Assembly (NCBI GenBank): GCA_038087875.1
Contig: CM075987.1
Coordinates: forward strand, 19,656,001-19,720,000
DNA from: Malacoraja senta
Taxonomy: Eukaryota
Reading direction: 5' to 3'
Length of the DNA stretch: 64,000 nt
The translations under genes were made by a program, and so were the position numbers. The notes under the pieces are model-generated. The model searched no databases. It was not told the origin of the DNA and worked only from the letters and a program-made list of their open reading frames with translations. Positions 39,142 through 51,475 of this stretch are shown in pieces; within the stretch, counting starts at the first letter, position 1, and each line of letters begins with the position of its first letter.

Positions 39142-40212
39142 TTATTTCTGTTTTTCAACGATCGTTTGGGCATATTTGAATGCGTCTTCAGGCTTAACAA
39201 ATGACTTTTCAAGACCATTAAAGGAAATACGCATTTTCGCGGGATAAAAAATCCCAAATCTGACCCCTTCTCTCCCTCTTAAAAGATCTTTAACCTTATC
39301 AAATTTGTTTCTTTTTTGCACAATTTCATACGGGTAGTCCCTGAATATCTTAATAGTGTCCTTGTCCAGCCGCAATTGTACACCATATTTGATTTTACTC
39401 ATAACATATTCCAGTTCTGCAGTATCTCGAAATTTCACTATAATATGTCGTGGATAAGCTTTTCCCGCACCAGATCTTTTTCCAAATCTTGGGACACGAT
39501 GAGCCACTTCGATTTTCGGTTCCTTGGAAAGATTCAACAGTTGTTTCAACAAGCCCATGGCAAATTCACGTACCTGTTCCCCTTCTGCCCCCTCTGAAAC
39601 ACCAAGAATTCTCAAATTCTGGCGTCTAGAGCGAGCTTCCAGGTCCAGGCATTTGACTGAGACTTTCTCTAATTGAGTCCCCATTTGTAGTGACGCTTGT
39701 TCGTTTTCTCGCCTCATTTGCTCATGTTCTTGCCTCAATTTCGCCATGTCTTCAACCAGTCGAGCCGTGTTTTTCTCCAATTCCGTAATTGTGTGCATAC
39801 TTGCAGCTACTGTTTCAAGTACAGCCGTGAACTTATCCGTAGTAATTACATCCATCTTATCCATTTTCTCTGATAGTCCATCTTTCACCTCATCAATTCG
39901 TTTATTCATAATGTCCAGTAAATCCGTCATATTCTTCTGGTTACCAGCATTTAAATCCTTCATCATCTTCTCCATTCCTTCCATCATTTTTGCCGAATTT
40001 TCCTTCATTTCCTTCTTATCTTCCACCCTATTATCCGAGATCTCATCTTTCAAATTTTTTATTGATTTCTTCAAGTCATCAAAGTCTTTCTTAGATCTTG
40101 TATCCATTTCTGCAGCCACTTCAGAGACTTCAGAGGTAACTTCTGCTTCAGACTTTTTCGACAGCTTATTCACTGTTCTCTGAGGGCTCACAGCTGGAGG
40201 CAATTTACTCAT
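39142..40212 (-). CDS. L1 ORF1p (coiled coil + RRM + CTD)
   Basis: 356-aa ORF: heptad-rich N-terminal half, DLEARSRRQNLRILGVSEG, IEVAHRV, PRHIIVKF, IFRDYP, FYPAKMRI. Confidence 0.93.
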   Translation of the reverse strand: MSKLPPAVSPQRTVNKLSKKSEAEVTSEVSEVAAEMDTRSKKDFDDLKKSIKNLKDEISDNRVEDKKEMKENSAKMMEGMEKMMKDLNAGNQKNMTDLLDIMNKRIDEVKDGLSEKMDKMDVITTDKFTAVLETVAASMHTITELEKNTARLVEDMAKLRQEHEQMRRENEQASLQMGTQLEKVSVKCLDLEARSRRQNLRILGVSEGAEGEQVREFAMGLLKQLLNLSKEPKIEVAHRVPRFGKRSGAGKAYPRHIIVKFRDTAELEYVMSKIKYGVQLRLDKDTIKIFRDYPYEIVQKRNKFDKVKDLLRGREGVRFGIFYPAKMRISFNGLEKSFVKPEDAFKYAQTIVEKQK

Positions 40213-41941
40213 TTAAAGGGCTTCAAACCACCGTTTAAAACATCGCGTTTAACGATGACGTCATCAGCGCGGTAACCAGAAGCTCCGGTAAGGTTTTTAA
40301 AAACAATCCCGATTTTCGGACCCGTTTTACACGATAAATCGTGAAGTTTTTCGGGAGAGGAGCTAGGTGCACGTCTGTTAGTCCAACATGACGCCACCGG
40401 AAGTCGTCTAATTTAATTTGAAAGGCACAAATGCTGTCGTAGTATTCCGTAACAAATTTGTTGTGGCCTTGCATGTTAACATTAAGCATATTTAAGTGCT
40501 CTGTTATATCCACCAATGCAAGATCATGAAGCCAGTGTGGGTCATCCAACTGCTGCTCACTTCCCTCTCTCCTTCATGAATAGTCCAATTTCCACACGTA
40601 ATTGAAAAAAAAAGTTTGAGCACAACCCTTCTGCTCAACCAGCGGACTTAGGGTAGGCCGTGTCCAATATTACTTTCGGACAAAAGAGTGTCAAATTGCC
40701 GATGGTTGAGTCCCTTGGCTCTAGTAAAATTAACCATTTTGATTACTACATCCATGACATTGTCCATTTTCAGGCTCCTGCTACATAATGCCTCTTGGTG
40801 TATAATACGATGAAAATTCCAGAATTCCTGCTCTGGATTCTTTGAGCTTTTTCTCTGAGTTTCGTAACAACACCTGCCTTTTTTCCGACTATGGACAGTG
40901 CGCCATCTGTTGCCACGCTGTCAGCGTGACTCCAGTCAACCCCCAATCTGTCCAAGGCCTCGACGAGGCTGGAGGAAATGTCGTTCGCTGTTGTGGTGTT
41001 TGTCATGGGCACCATCTCCACAAACGCCTCGGTGACGGTCAAAGATGCATCAACACCACGAATAAATATTCCCAATTGAGCTACATCGGTCACGTTGGTG
41101 CTCTCAGCAATTGCATAGAGAAGGCAATAAATGACTTCACTTTGACTTTTAGTTGACTGTTCAAATCTCCTGCAAGTTCCCCGATTCTATCTGCCACAGT
41201 ATTTCTGGACAAGCTGATATTACCATCAGCCTGTCTCTTCTCAGGGCACACCAGCTCAGCCGCCGGCAGCATGCCTGCTTTGATGAATTCCCCCTCTGAC
41301 TATGGCTTCGACGCAGCAGCTATTTTGTTGGCAATAATATAGCTCCATCATGAGTCTCTCGACTTTTGGTGAACACTGATTGCTGTTTTTTCAGAGCTGC
41401 TTCAAGCTCATTTACCTTTTACGTTCTGAGTCGTCCTGCGTACTTGTCATATTTTTCTCCGTGTGACGTCTCATTGTGTCGTTTGATATTGTACCCTTTT
41501 GCCACAGCCACTTGTTGCGAGCATATCAGACACACTGGTTTGCCGTTGACCTCACAGAAGAGAAAACGATCTTTCCAATTATAGTTGAATATGCAACCAT
41601 CGATGTCAAGTTTTCATTTCACGTAAAGCATTTTGAACCACAGCAGCAAACACTCTCAGCCTTGCTACAGGTGTGCGCAGTGGGCCCGGTATCCGCGCGT
41701 GCACAGTTGGGGATGGCTTGCTGGGCCCGCTGCCATTTTGAGATCGCCATTTTGACTCTCGTCACAACGGGGATCTCTGGCGTCACATCGGGAACGGGTG
41801 AGTGGTGGAATATTGCGTTGGGGACGGGGCCACAACGGGTCCGCACTTGGTCTAGTACATAATAAATTATCATGAATATACTTTTTTTTCCCCCCCCCAA
41901 ATCATCCTGCGGGCCGGTAGTTTGACACCCCTGTATTAGAT

Positions 41942-42910
41942 TATCCCTCATCCTCCTGCAAGCCATGGAACAAAGTCATGGCATGCCCAACCTCTCCCTA
42001 TAGCTCAGGCCCTCAAGACCTGGCTACATTCTCGTAAATCTTCTCGGCACTCTTTCCAGCTTAATGACATCCTCCCAATTGGAGGGTGACAAAAACTGAA
42101 CACCCAACCCACTGAGTTACTCCAGCACTTTTTATAAACCAGCATCTGCAGTTCCTTATTTCTACATTTGACTGCTCCACTGCAAAATCTTCTCAAGATA
42201 TACCTACTTTGGAGATGTTCTCCTCTCTTCAACTGATGTTCTGTGTAGACCCTATCTCATTGCTCTCCCTGTTGCTCTCCGACTCTATTACCATGTTCAC
42301 TCTCCAGGCTTTGTCATGCCCCTCCTCTTTTCCAGCTTTCTTCCCTCAACCCCACACAATCAGTCTGAAGAAGGGTCCCATCCGAAACGTCATCTATTCA
42401 TGTTCACCAGAGATGCGGCCTGACATGCAGAGTTACTCCAGCACTTCGGCTCTATTTTTGTAAACTAACATCTGCAGTTCTACAAATGCAGCCTCACCAA
42501 CATCTTGTACAATTGTAACCTAACATCCCAACTTCTATACTCAGTACCCTGAGTGATGAAGGCCATTGTGCCAAAGGCCGCCTTTTACCACCCCATCTAC
42601 CTATGATGCCACTTTCAGGGAACAATGTACCTGTACTCCTAGATCCCTCTCCTATATAGCACTCCGCAGGGCTCTACCATTCACTGTCAAGGTCCTGCAG
42701 TGGTTTCATTTCCCAAAATGCAACACCATATACTTATCTGCATTAAACTCCATTAGCCATTCCTCAGTCCACTAGCCAACTAATCAAGAACCTGCTGCTG
42801 TAATTTTTGATAACCCATCTTCAATGTCTACTACCTACTTTATTGTCATCTGTAAACCTACTAATCATGCCTTGTGCATTCTCATCTAAATTGTTGATAT
42901 AAACCATAAG
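41942..42910 (-). mobile_element. CR1 LINE fragment hosting the hAT, interrupted by a Penelope-type pLTR piece (about 42295-42480, +)
   Basis: The flanks at 32970-33014 and from 41942 join into a continuous match to the CR1 copy at 48820-49100. Hammerhead-like motif at 42361-42394. Confidence 0.75.
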
Positions 42911-43019
42911 CGGCAATGAGCTGAGGCACACCACGGCTAATTCTAATTCTATGCTAATTCTGTTTCCAAGAAATCATTTCTGAAATATTTTTCAACTGTA
43001 GCAACAGATGTATTATGGG

Positions 43020-43300
43020 AAAATACCACGGCCACTCTATGCACAACAAACTCCCATACAGAAGCAGAACAACCCAATAATCATTTAGTAAAATCATATG
43101 AAGGGTGAATATTGGCCAGGGAAGTGTTGAGAATATGCATGCCTTTCTTGGAATAATGCCACGGCATTGCTGGCTGAGCTTTGGTTTAAGATCGTATCCA
43201 AAAGATCATATCTCTGACAATGCGGCAGCCCTTAATAAGCTCTTCAACTCCATGTTAGATTATCAAGTCTGTGGAGTTGAGAATCCCACGTTAAACAAAG
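43020..43300 (+). mobile_element. Old DeuSINE-like remnant
   Basis: GAAGGGTGAATATTGGCCAGG...GGTTTAAGATCGTATCCAAAAGA...TCTGACAATGCGGCA resembles the Deu domain as recalled. Confidence 0.55.
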
Positions 43301-44004
43301 GCTGACACGTCACTGTGATAGCGGGAAGAGTAACAACATCTCCCTGCAGGAGATCAGTTATTGGAAAGACATTTTTTTTAAAGGGTTGGAGTTGAAGGAC
43401 ATCAAATCTCAACCAGAGATTTGGATTTTATATGTGTTTTGGAATGTTTACCATATGCTGGAGTTGGCATTAATGTGAGTTTTCTTTTACTCTATAAGGG
43501 AATGGCAATGTGCTCATTTTTATTGAAACTTATACTTGCAGTTGGATATTAATTAGCTTCTTAATAGGTAATTGTTCCAAAGATAACAACTAACTCATTA
43601 CTCAAAAAAAGAAGGGTATGGGACATACGAAATTAAGCGGAAACGCCTGACCCACTGAGTTCCTCCAGAACTTTGTGTTTTTCTCAAGAAATTAGCCAGT
43701 ATTGTTACATATTGGGGGAACAACTGTAGACTGTATTCAGACATTCTCTCGTGCTACTTCTTGCCAACTGTCAGGTTATGCCTAAGGGGCAGGAACGACA
43801 AACAATGCTCTAGATCGCTCCATTGGAGGCCCTCCTGTCTTCCACAAAGCACTGCTGACTGACATGAGAGAAACCCCTCCTTGGTGATGTCTTTGTGATG
43901 GATATGGGTGATCAAGCAATTGGCTGAGGCTGGATTTGGATACTTAGAGGTAGTTGGTGAGGATGACCAGTAACAGTGGAAAGTTGAAAGAAAACACCCT
44001 ACCT

Positions 44005-44840
44005 TAGTTTAGTTAAGTTTATTGCCACATGTACTGAGATACAGTGAAAAGCTTTTTGCTGCATGCTACCAGTCAGGGGAAAGACTATAGATGTTTACTA
44101 TCGAGCCGTCCACAGTATACAGATACCGGATAAAGGGAAAAATATTTAGTGCAAGATAAAGTCCAGTAAAGCCCGATTAAAGACAGTCTGAGGGTCTCCA
44201 ATGAGGTAGATGGTAGCTCAGGATAGCTCTTTAGTTGGTGATAGGATGGTTCAGTTGCCTGATAACAGCTGGGAAGAAACTGTCCCTGAATCAGGAGGTA
44301 TGCATTTCACACATTTGTACCTCTTGCCTGATGGGAGAGGGGAGTAGAGGGCGTGTCTGGGGTGAGACTCGTCATTGATTATGCTGGTGGCCTTACTGAG
44401 GAAGTGTGAAATGTAGATGTAGTCCATGGAAGGGAGGTTGGTTTGTGTGATGGACTGGGCTGTGTCCACAATTCTATGCAATAGCTTGTGGTCTTGGATG
44501 GAGTCGTCCCCAAACCATGCTGTGATGCATCCCAATAAAATGTTTCCTACGTCTCATCTATAAAATTTGATGAGAGTTGCTGGGAACATGCCGAACTTCC
44601 TAAGCCTTCTAAGGAAGTAGAGGCGTTGGTGTGCTTTCTTGGCCATTGCTTCGATATGGCTAGTCCAGGACAAGTTGCAAGGATATTTACTCCAGGGAAC
44701 TTGTAGCTTTTAACCATCTCTACTTCAGTGCCTTCAAGGTATGCCGGGTTATGTGCACCGCTTCACTTCCTGAAGTCAATCACTGTTTCCTTTGTCTTGC
44801 TGACATCGCAAGAAAGGTTGTTGTCTTGACACCAGGTTAC
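44005..44840 (-). mobile_element. Rex1/Babar-like LINE 3' fragment
   Basis: ORF 44251-44535 GCITAWFG..LHRIVDTAQSIT..SIINDESHP..LPSGKRY. Confidence 0.85.
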
Positions 44841-45814
44841 AAGCAATAGTAGCTCAGGTTGGGATGCATGCAGACCTCTGACACCTAATTAGGCATTAAT
44901 CCATCAGCTAACACTTGCTCGTGTATTTGAAGCTGTGCTATCCATGCGTCTTCTGTGTAGAGAAATAATTTAATACAAACATTTTACAGGATTCAATACC
45001 ACTGCACATAATTAGTGGGCTTCACACACATAAGGAAGTGCCAACAACACTTTTGGCCTGCTGCCTTCTCTGATGTGAAAATGATCCTTCCAGCTCAAAA
45101 GCCAGGACACATCTGGCCAATGGACATTTTCCCCAGGGAATAACTAAGCTTTTAAACATCAAATGGGAACAATTTGTATTCTGGTGCTGCATGATTCAAT
45201 GTTCTTTTCTTTAAAGCAGGGAAGGTCCAAGGAGATTTCATTGTGATGTTGAAAACCATGAAGAGATTTAACAGAATAAATAGGGCAAAAGGTGGTTCCA
45301 GTGACAGAAGAATCAATAACCAGAGGAAATGTAATTAAAATAATTAGTTAAAAAAATGCAAGCCGGATAAGGATCAAGTTTGATGCAGTAAATTGTTATT
45401 GCCTGTAATAAAGGGCAGTGGAAGTAAATTCAACAGTGACTCAACAAGTAAACTGGATAAATACTAGAATTTTAAATTTGCTACACATTTGTGTGCAGCA
45501 AAAGATTGGGAGTTGTGTGCTGTGAGAGGATACTGAAATTTCCAGATTAAACTAAGAGGGGATTGTGTGACGGAGGGAGATTGTGTTAAATCCCTACAAG
45601 ATTCTGGTCTTTTGTCACAAATTCTACTTGCTTACCTGTATTAGATAAGTATTCAGGCCATCCATCCATTGACATCCACTCAGCTGAGCTCCACAGCAGT
45701 CTGTATAGAAGGGACTAAAGGAAGTGCTTTTCATGACCTCTTCTCTCAAGCATGTTATGTAAGTGGCTTGATTAAATAAGCAACTGATCTGGATGGAGAC
45801 CCTGGTCATGTCCT

Positions 45815-47240
45815 CAGGTGGATCTGCCGGTAGATGTATTCACAGACATCTTTAACCTCTCACTACTCCATTATGAGATCCCCACCTGCTTAAAAAAAAC
45901 CACTCATCAAAAACACTCAACAAAAACTAAGGCAGTGTGCCTAAATGATTACCATCCATTGGCTCTGACATCCACCATCATGAAGTGCTTCATACATTAA
46001 CACCTGCTTCCCAACCAGCTTTATTGCATTGCAGTTTGCTTACCGTTGCAACAGGTCCACAACATACACCATCTCCCTGACCCTCAACTCATCTCTGGAA
46101 CACTTAGACAACAAGGACTCCTTCATTAGATTCCTAGTTATCGACTATAGCTGCCTCCTTCAACACCATAATTCTATCCAAACTCATCTCCGAACTCCTG
46201 GAACTAAGAATTAGCTCTCCCCTTTGCCACTGGATTCTCAACTTTCTGACCCACAGATCACAACCAGTGAGGATAGGTGACATCTTCTCCACAATAACTC
46301 TCAACATCGGTGCCCACAACGATGCGTTCACAACCCCCTACTATATAATACACTCATGACTATGGCCAAATTCTGCTCTAATTCCATCCACAAATTTGCA
46401 GATGACATCATTGTGGTGGGCCGAATCACAAACAATGACAAGATGAAGTTCAGGAGGGATATAGAGAACTTTGTGACATGGTTTCAGGACAATAACCTGT
46501 CCTCCAATGTTAGCAAGATGAAGGAGTTAGGTATTGACATTAGGAAGCATGGTGAAATACATGTCCCAATCAGCATGTCAATGATGTCGTGGACCAACCC
46601 CATTAATGCAAGAACTAAGAACGTACCTCAACTTCTCTACTGCCTGAGGAGTCTGAACAAATTCAGCATATCTCTTGCAAACCTCTACAGATGCGACATA
46701 GAAAGCTTATTGTAGGGTTGCATTGCAGCTTGGTTTAGGAACAGCTCTGCCCAAGACTGCTAGAAATTGCAGAGAGTTGTAGATGTAGCCTAGTCCATCA
46801 CACAGACCCGACTTCCCACCACTGACTCCTATGCTTCACGTTGTCTCGGAAAAACAGCCAAAGACTTGTCGCACCCCAGTCATTTCTCCTTCTACCTGCT
46901 CCAGTCCAGCAGAAGGTACAGAAGCTTGAAAGCGGCATCATCAAACTCAGGAGCAGCTTCTTCCCCTCTGTTACCAGGCTTCTGAATGGTGCTTCCATGA
47001 GCTTGAGTATTATCTGATTCATCTCTACACTATAGTGGACATTGGACTTTGTCTATGGACTGATGTGCTACAATGCTGAACCATGTTCTGCACTCTGTGG
47101 CTTCTCCATTGCTCTGTCTATTGTGCTTCAGTTTGACTGGATTGTATTTATATATAGTATATCTGATCTGTTTGGATAGCATATCATTTTGGATAGCATG
47201 CAAAACAAAACTTTTCACTATATCTTGTTACACGTAACGA
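45815..47240 (+). mobile_element. Rex1/Babar-like LINE RT region and 3' end, decayed
   Basis: VFTDIFNLSL, CLNDYHPLALTS..MKCF, QFAYR.NRST and KFADD..VVG.I in successive ORFs. Confidence 0.88.
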
Positions 47241-47431
47241 TAATAAACCGAAACCTAACCAATTGTATCTGCTATTACCTTTTACCTGGTCCTTTTACTC
47301 TGTGAAAGATACTATATAAATTGAAGTTGACTTGTATTAATGATGTATTATATTAAGCCGTAAGAAAAAAGCTGATTATTAAATAATGTCATGAAAAACA
47401 AAACAGGAAGAGACATAAAAGTGTTGAGAAG

Positions 47432-48003
47432 TGTTTAAGAAGGAACTGCAGATGCTGGAAAATCGAAGGTACACAAAAATGCTGGAGAAACTCAGCGGGT
47501 GCAGCAGCATCTATGGAGCGAAGGAAATGGGCAACATTTCGGGCCGAAACCCTTCTTCAGACTGATGGGGGGTGGGGAGAAGAAAGGAAAAAGGCGGAGG
47601 AGGAGCCCGAGGGCTGAGGGATGGGAGGAGACAGCCCGAGGGCTGAGGAAGGGGAGGAGACAGCAAGGGCTAACAGAATTGGGAGAATTCAATGTTCATG
47701 CCCCCAGGATGCAGACTCCCCAAGCGGAATATGAGGTGCTGTTCCTCCAATTTCCGGTGTTGCTCGCTCTGGCCATGGAGGAGACCCAGGACAGAGAGGT
47801 CGGATACGGAATGGGAGGGGGAGTTGAAGTGATGAGCCACCGGGAGGTCAGGTTGGTTATTGCGGACCGAGCGGAGGTGTTCGGCGAAACGGTCGCCAAG
47901 CCTCCGCTTGGTTTCACCGATGTAGATCAGCTGACATCTAGAGCAGCGGATGCAATAGATGAGGTTGGAGGAGATGCAGGTGAACCTCTGTCGCACCTGG
48001 AAC
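47432..48003 (-). mobile_element. Penelope-like element 3' fragment (GIY-YIG domain + pLTR), young
   Basis: Intact 111-aa frame (NLIYCIRC..YIGETKRRLGDRFAEH..PGGMN). 14-bp TSD AAAGTGTTGAGAAG (47418-47431; 48004-48017). Hammerhead motif at 47530-47564. Confidence 0.92.
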
Positions 48004-48487
48004 AAAGTGTTGAGAAGGCTTGGTTGAGTTCTCAGTTTGAAGCATATTGTTTGAACAATATGGAAGGAGTTTTATTCTGCATTTGTGTGCATTACTGCAT
48101 TTTAAATATTGTTCCAATTACAAGCCCCAAAGAATAATAAAACATGGCAATAAACTCACTATAAACAATGCATGTTTTGTTATAATTTTGGAGTACAATC
48201 TACAGGATGACTGTAAGGAAACCTGAAAAAACAGGCATTGTAAATTAGTTTTGCGTTCCTACAATATCTGTGCTCTGAGAGGAATCTTATTTCCCTCTAA
48301 ACAGGCTCTCCATTTCTTACCAGCAAATAGTAACCCCAGCTCTCACTCCCGGACCCTAAACCTAGTTACCTTACTTGCCGGCCTGTCTGCGCTTCACTAG
48401 AGTGTATAAACAGGCAATCTGTATCATCACTTCTGCCAGTGATGCACCTGTATCTGGTCTCTTGGAGACTTGGGGGAAGGCTTGTTT

Positions 48488-49215
48488 AGAGTCATAGAGT
48501 CATAGTGATACAGTGTGGAAACAGGCCCTTTGGCCCAACTTGCCCACACCGGCCAACATGTCCTAGCTACACTAGTCCCACCTGCCTGCGTTTGGTCCAT
48601 ATTCCTCCAAGCTTGTCCTATCGGTTGTCTAACTGTTTCTTAAATGTTGGGATAGTCCCAGCCTCAACTACTTCCTCTGGCAGCTTGTTCCATACACCCA
48701 CCACCCTTTGTGTGAAAAAGGAAGCCTTCAGATTCCAATTAAATCTTTTCCCCTTCACCTTGAGCCTATGTCCTTTGGTCCTCGATTCCCCTACTCTGGG
48801 CAAGAGATTCTGTGCATCTACCCGATCTATTCCTCTCATGATTGTATACACCTCTATAAGATCACCACTCATCCTCCTAAGCTCCAAGGAATAGAGACCC
48901 AGCTTACTCAACCTCTCCCTATAGCTCAGACCCTCTATTCCTGGCAACATCCTCGTAAATCTTCTCTGAACCCTTTCAAGCTTGACAATATCTTTCCTAT
49001 AACATGGTGTCCAGAACTGAACACAATACTCTAAATGTGGTCTCATCAATGTCTTATACAACTACAACATGACCTCCCAACTTCTATACTCAATACTCTG
49101 ACTGATGAAGGCCAATGTGCTAGAAGCCTTTTGATCACCTGCACTCGTAGATCCCTCTGCTCCACAACACACCCCAGAGGCCTACCATTCAATGTGTAGG
49201 TCCTGCCCTTGTTAA
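48488..49215 (-). mobile_element. CR1 LINE 3' fragment
   Basis: ORF 48618-49061 YKTLMRPHLEYCVQFW..FFTQRVVGVWNKLP; short-repeat tail at about 48488-48510. Confidence 0.9.
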
Positions 49216-51475
49216 AAGTATATGATGGTTTGCATTATGGATTGGGCTGCATCTACGATTCTCTGCAATTTCTTGCAGTCTTGGGCAGAGCAGTTGCTGT
49301 AGAGCCAGACAGTGCAAAGGGAATTATGCAGAAATCTCCAGCAAGGCACAGAAACGTCCCTTCCTAAAATTATAAATTAAAGAACATCCCAATGACATTG
49401 GACAACCTGAGCTCTAATCCAGCCTCATAATGCCCATTTGGAATGGGTGCAATGACGAGGCCCAGTTTAATTGCCCTCATCCTCAGTCCTATCATCCAGA
49501 ACCCCTTTATTTCCCTTCCTCCCTTGCATCAATGTTAAGAATATCGGTGCCATTTATTATTTATATTATCCGGAACTGTGATATTTCTTGTTTCTTTGTT
49601 GCACTATCCCATTTGACCACATTCAATGTTGTTCAGGCTCTAATTTGGATCTATTTACAAGCAGCAATGTTGTTTCCCCTTCCTTGCAAGGAAGAGGTTC
49701 TTTCCAACATTCAGGCTTTAAAAGAGAGGTTTTGTAGAGCTGATCCATGGTGGCTTTGATTTAACAGCCTCGGTGGGAGACACAGAAAGAGATGCTCTGT
49801 AACATACTATAACAGAAAATGTATGACATTTGCCAAAACACCCACTCAAAATGCAATGGGCCAGCTTTTGAACTGGTAGCACTGTGGGAGGTTTATGGTG
49901 ATATTTCTTTACCTTTCTCAGAATAAAACACACTTCACAGGAAGATCTTTATGGTCAGTCAGACGTCCAATGAAAGAAGTGACAAAGTGCTCTTTTCAGA
50001 GGAAAGGCCCTATATATACAAGAATGGCATTGACATGATAGCGAAGGACTTAAACTGTCCAAATAGTGTTGGCTCTGCTTCCTAAGTCTATGCAGAAATA
50101 AGGTATTTTTTTGCCAGTTAACGAAGACTGGAATATTTTCATATTGCTCTGGCACCTTGCGATGTTTCAGGCACTTCATAGAACATCGAAAAGTACTGCA
50201 CGGGAACAGGCTCTTCAGCCCACAATGTGTGTGTCGATCATGATGACATGACAAACCAATTTCATCTGACTGCATGTGATCTATATCTCTCCAATCACTG
50301 CATATCCATGTACCCATCTAAAAGCCACTCTTTAACACCACTATTGTATCTACCTCCACCACAACCCCTGTCAGCGAACACCCATTCATGCTAGTTCCAT
50401 GTTATCCCACTTTCTCATCCAGTCCCTACACACTAGGGACAATTACAGAGGTTAGTTAACCTACAAACCTGCACATCTTTGGGATGAGGGAGAAAAGTGG
50501 ATCACCCAGAGGAAACCCACATGGTCACAGGAAGAGCACTCCACACAGAGGTCAAGAGTGTTTAATTGTCATAAGTACCGATCAGGATCGAACATGGGTC
50601 ACTGCCCCTGTGAGGCAGCAGCTCTATCAGCTATGCCTCTGTGCCACCCCACAAATATTAAATGGTATTAATCCAATACACCACTTTATCAGTGAATGTT
50701 TTGTTCAGTGTTACTGCATGCAAGGTACTGCATCATTTGATGTAGAGTTGTAAGTGGAGTTGTACATTGTGCGGTGACCAGGGAACATTTCCACTTTATA
50801 ACCTATGAAGGAATGAAAGTTCTAACACAAATGAAATAGTTGTGCCTGAGAGTGCATTGAGGAAGCCCTGCAGAGATATCCTGGGGGAGGACCATTCATC
50901 CCCAGCAACTACAATCATTGTCCTTTGGTAAAGGAATGGCTCCTACTCGTTGAGTGATTTTCCTGTGGTGGCCATGGACATCAGTTTAATAGCACACCAG
51001 ATCAAGCGTAGTATAGATGTCAAGGGTAGTCACTCTTGCCTCAGCCCTGGATTTCAGCTGTTTGGTCCAATCAAGGCTGTGATGATTTCTGGAATAGAGT
51101 GACCCTGGCAAAACCCAAACTGAGCAGCTAGGAGTATTGTTGAGTAAGTGCTGCATCATAGAAATACCATTGACATCTTCCAACACTTTGCTGATGATTG
51201 TGAGTAGACTGATTAGGTGGCAATTGGCTGGATTTTATTTGTCCCACTTTTTGTGAGCTTGCCATACCTGAGGGATTTTACACATTGCCAGACTGTGCCA
51301 GTGATTGCATGGGACAACTTGATGAAGGTGCAGCAAGATCTAGAGGCCAGTACTACAGCTGGATTGTTGATGGGTCCCCTAACTCTCGCTATATCCAATA
51401 TTCTCAGCTGTCTCTTAAGATCACATTAGCTGGAAATTACCTTCTGTGGTGATGCGCTCAGGAAGAAGTGGGGAT

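Larger units (their letters stand above)
34187..40405 (-). mobile_element. Full-length L1-clade LINE (6,219 bp)
   Basis: 13-bp TSD GTCTAATTTAATT (34174-34186; 40406-40418). 5' end GACTTCCGGTGGCG, ORF1, about 790-bp spacer, ORF2, 3' UTR, AATAAA and A-rich tail. Confidence 0.96.
33636..41631 (-). pseudogene. hAT transposase pseudogene (GTF2IRD2/SPIN-like family), split by L1
   Basis: N-terminal zinc-finger-like KPVCLICSQQVAVAKGYNIKRH, SLSRNTVADRI, DVAQLGIFIR, SVATDGA, WLHDLA..DITEHLN and C-terminal TTYLCEQAFS. Multiple stops and frameshifts. Confidence 0.9.
33015..41933 (-). mobile_element. hAT DNA transposon, Buster/Charlie group (about 2.69 kb without the L1 insert)
   Basis: Perfect 15-bp TIRs CAGGGGTGTCAAACT (33015-33029; 41919-41933) and an 8-bp TSD TATTAGAT (33007-33014; 41934-41941) with central TA. 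Confidence 0.95.

Noticed and set aside
39746..40183. 145-aa plus-strand ORF as an L1 antisense protein
   Set aside because: It is the antisense shadow of the ORF1 coiled coil (S/F/I-rich), with no independent support.
33636..41631. Host GTF2IRD2/ZBED-type domesticated gene
   Set aside because: Intact TIRs and TSD, many stops and frameshifts, and an L1 insertion indicate a dead transposon.
47499..48137. 212-aa plus-strand ORF
   Set aside because: Antisense of the Penelope fragment, running into flanking DNA.
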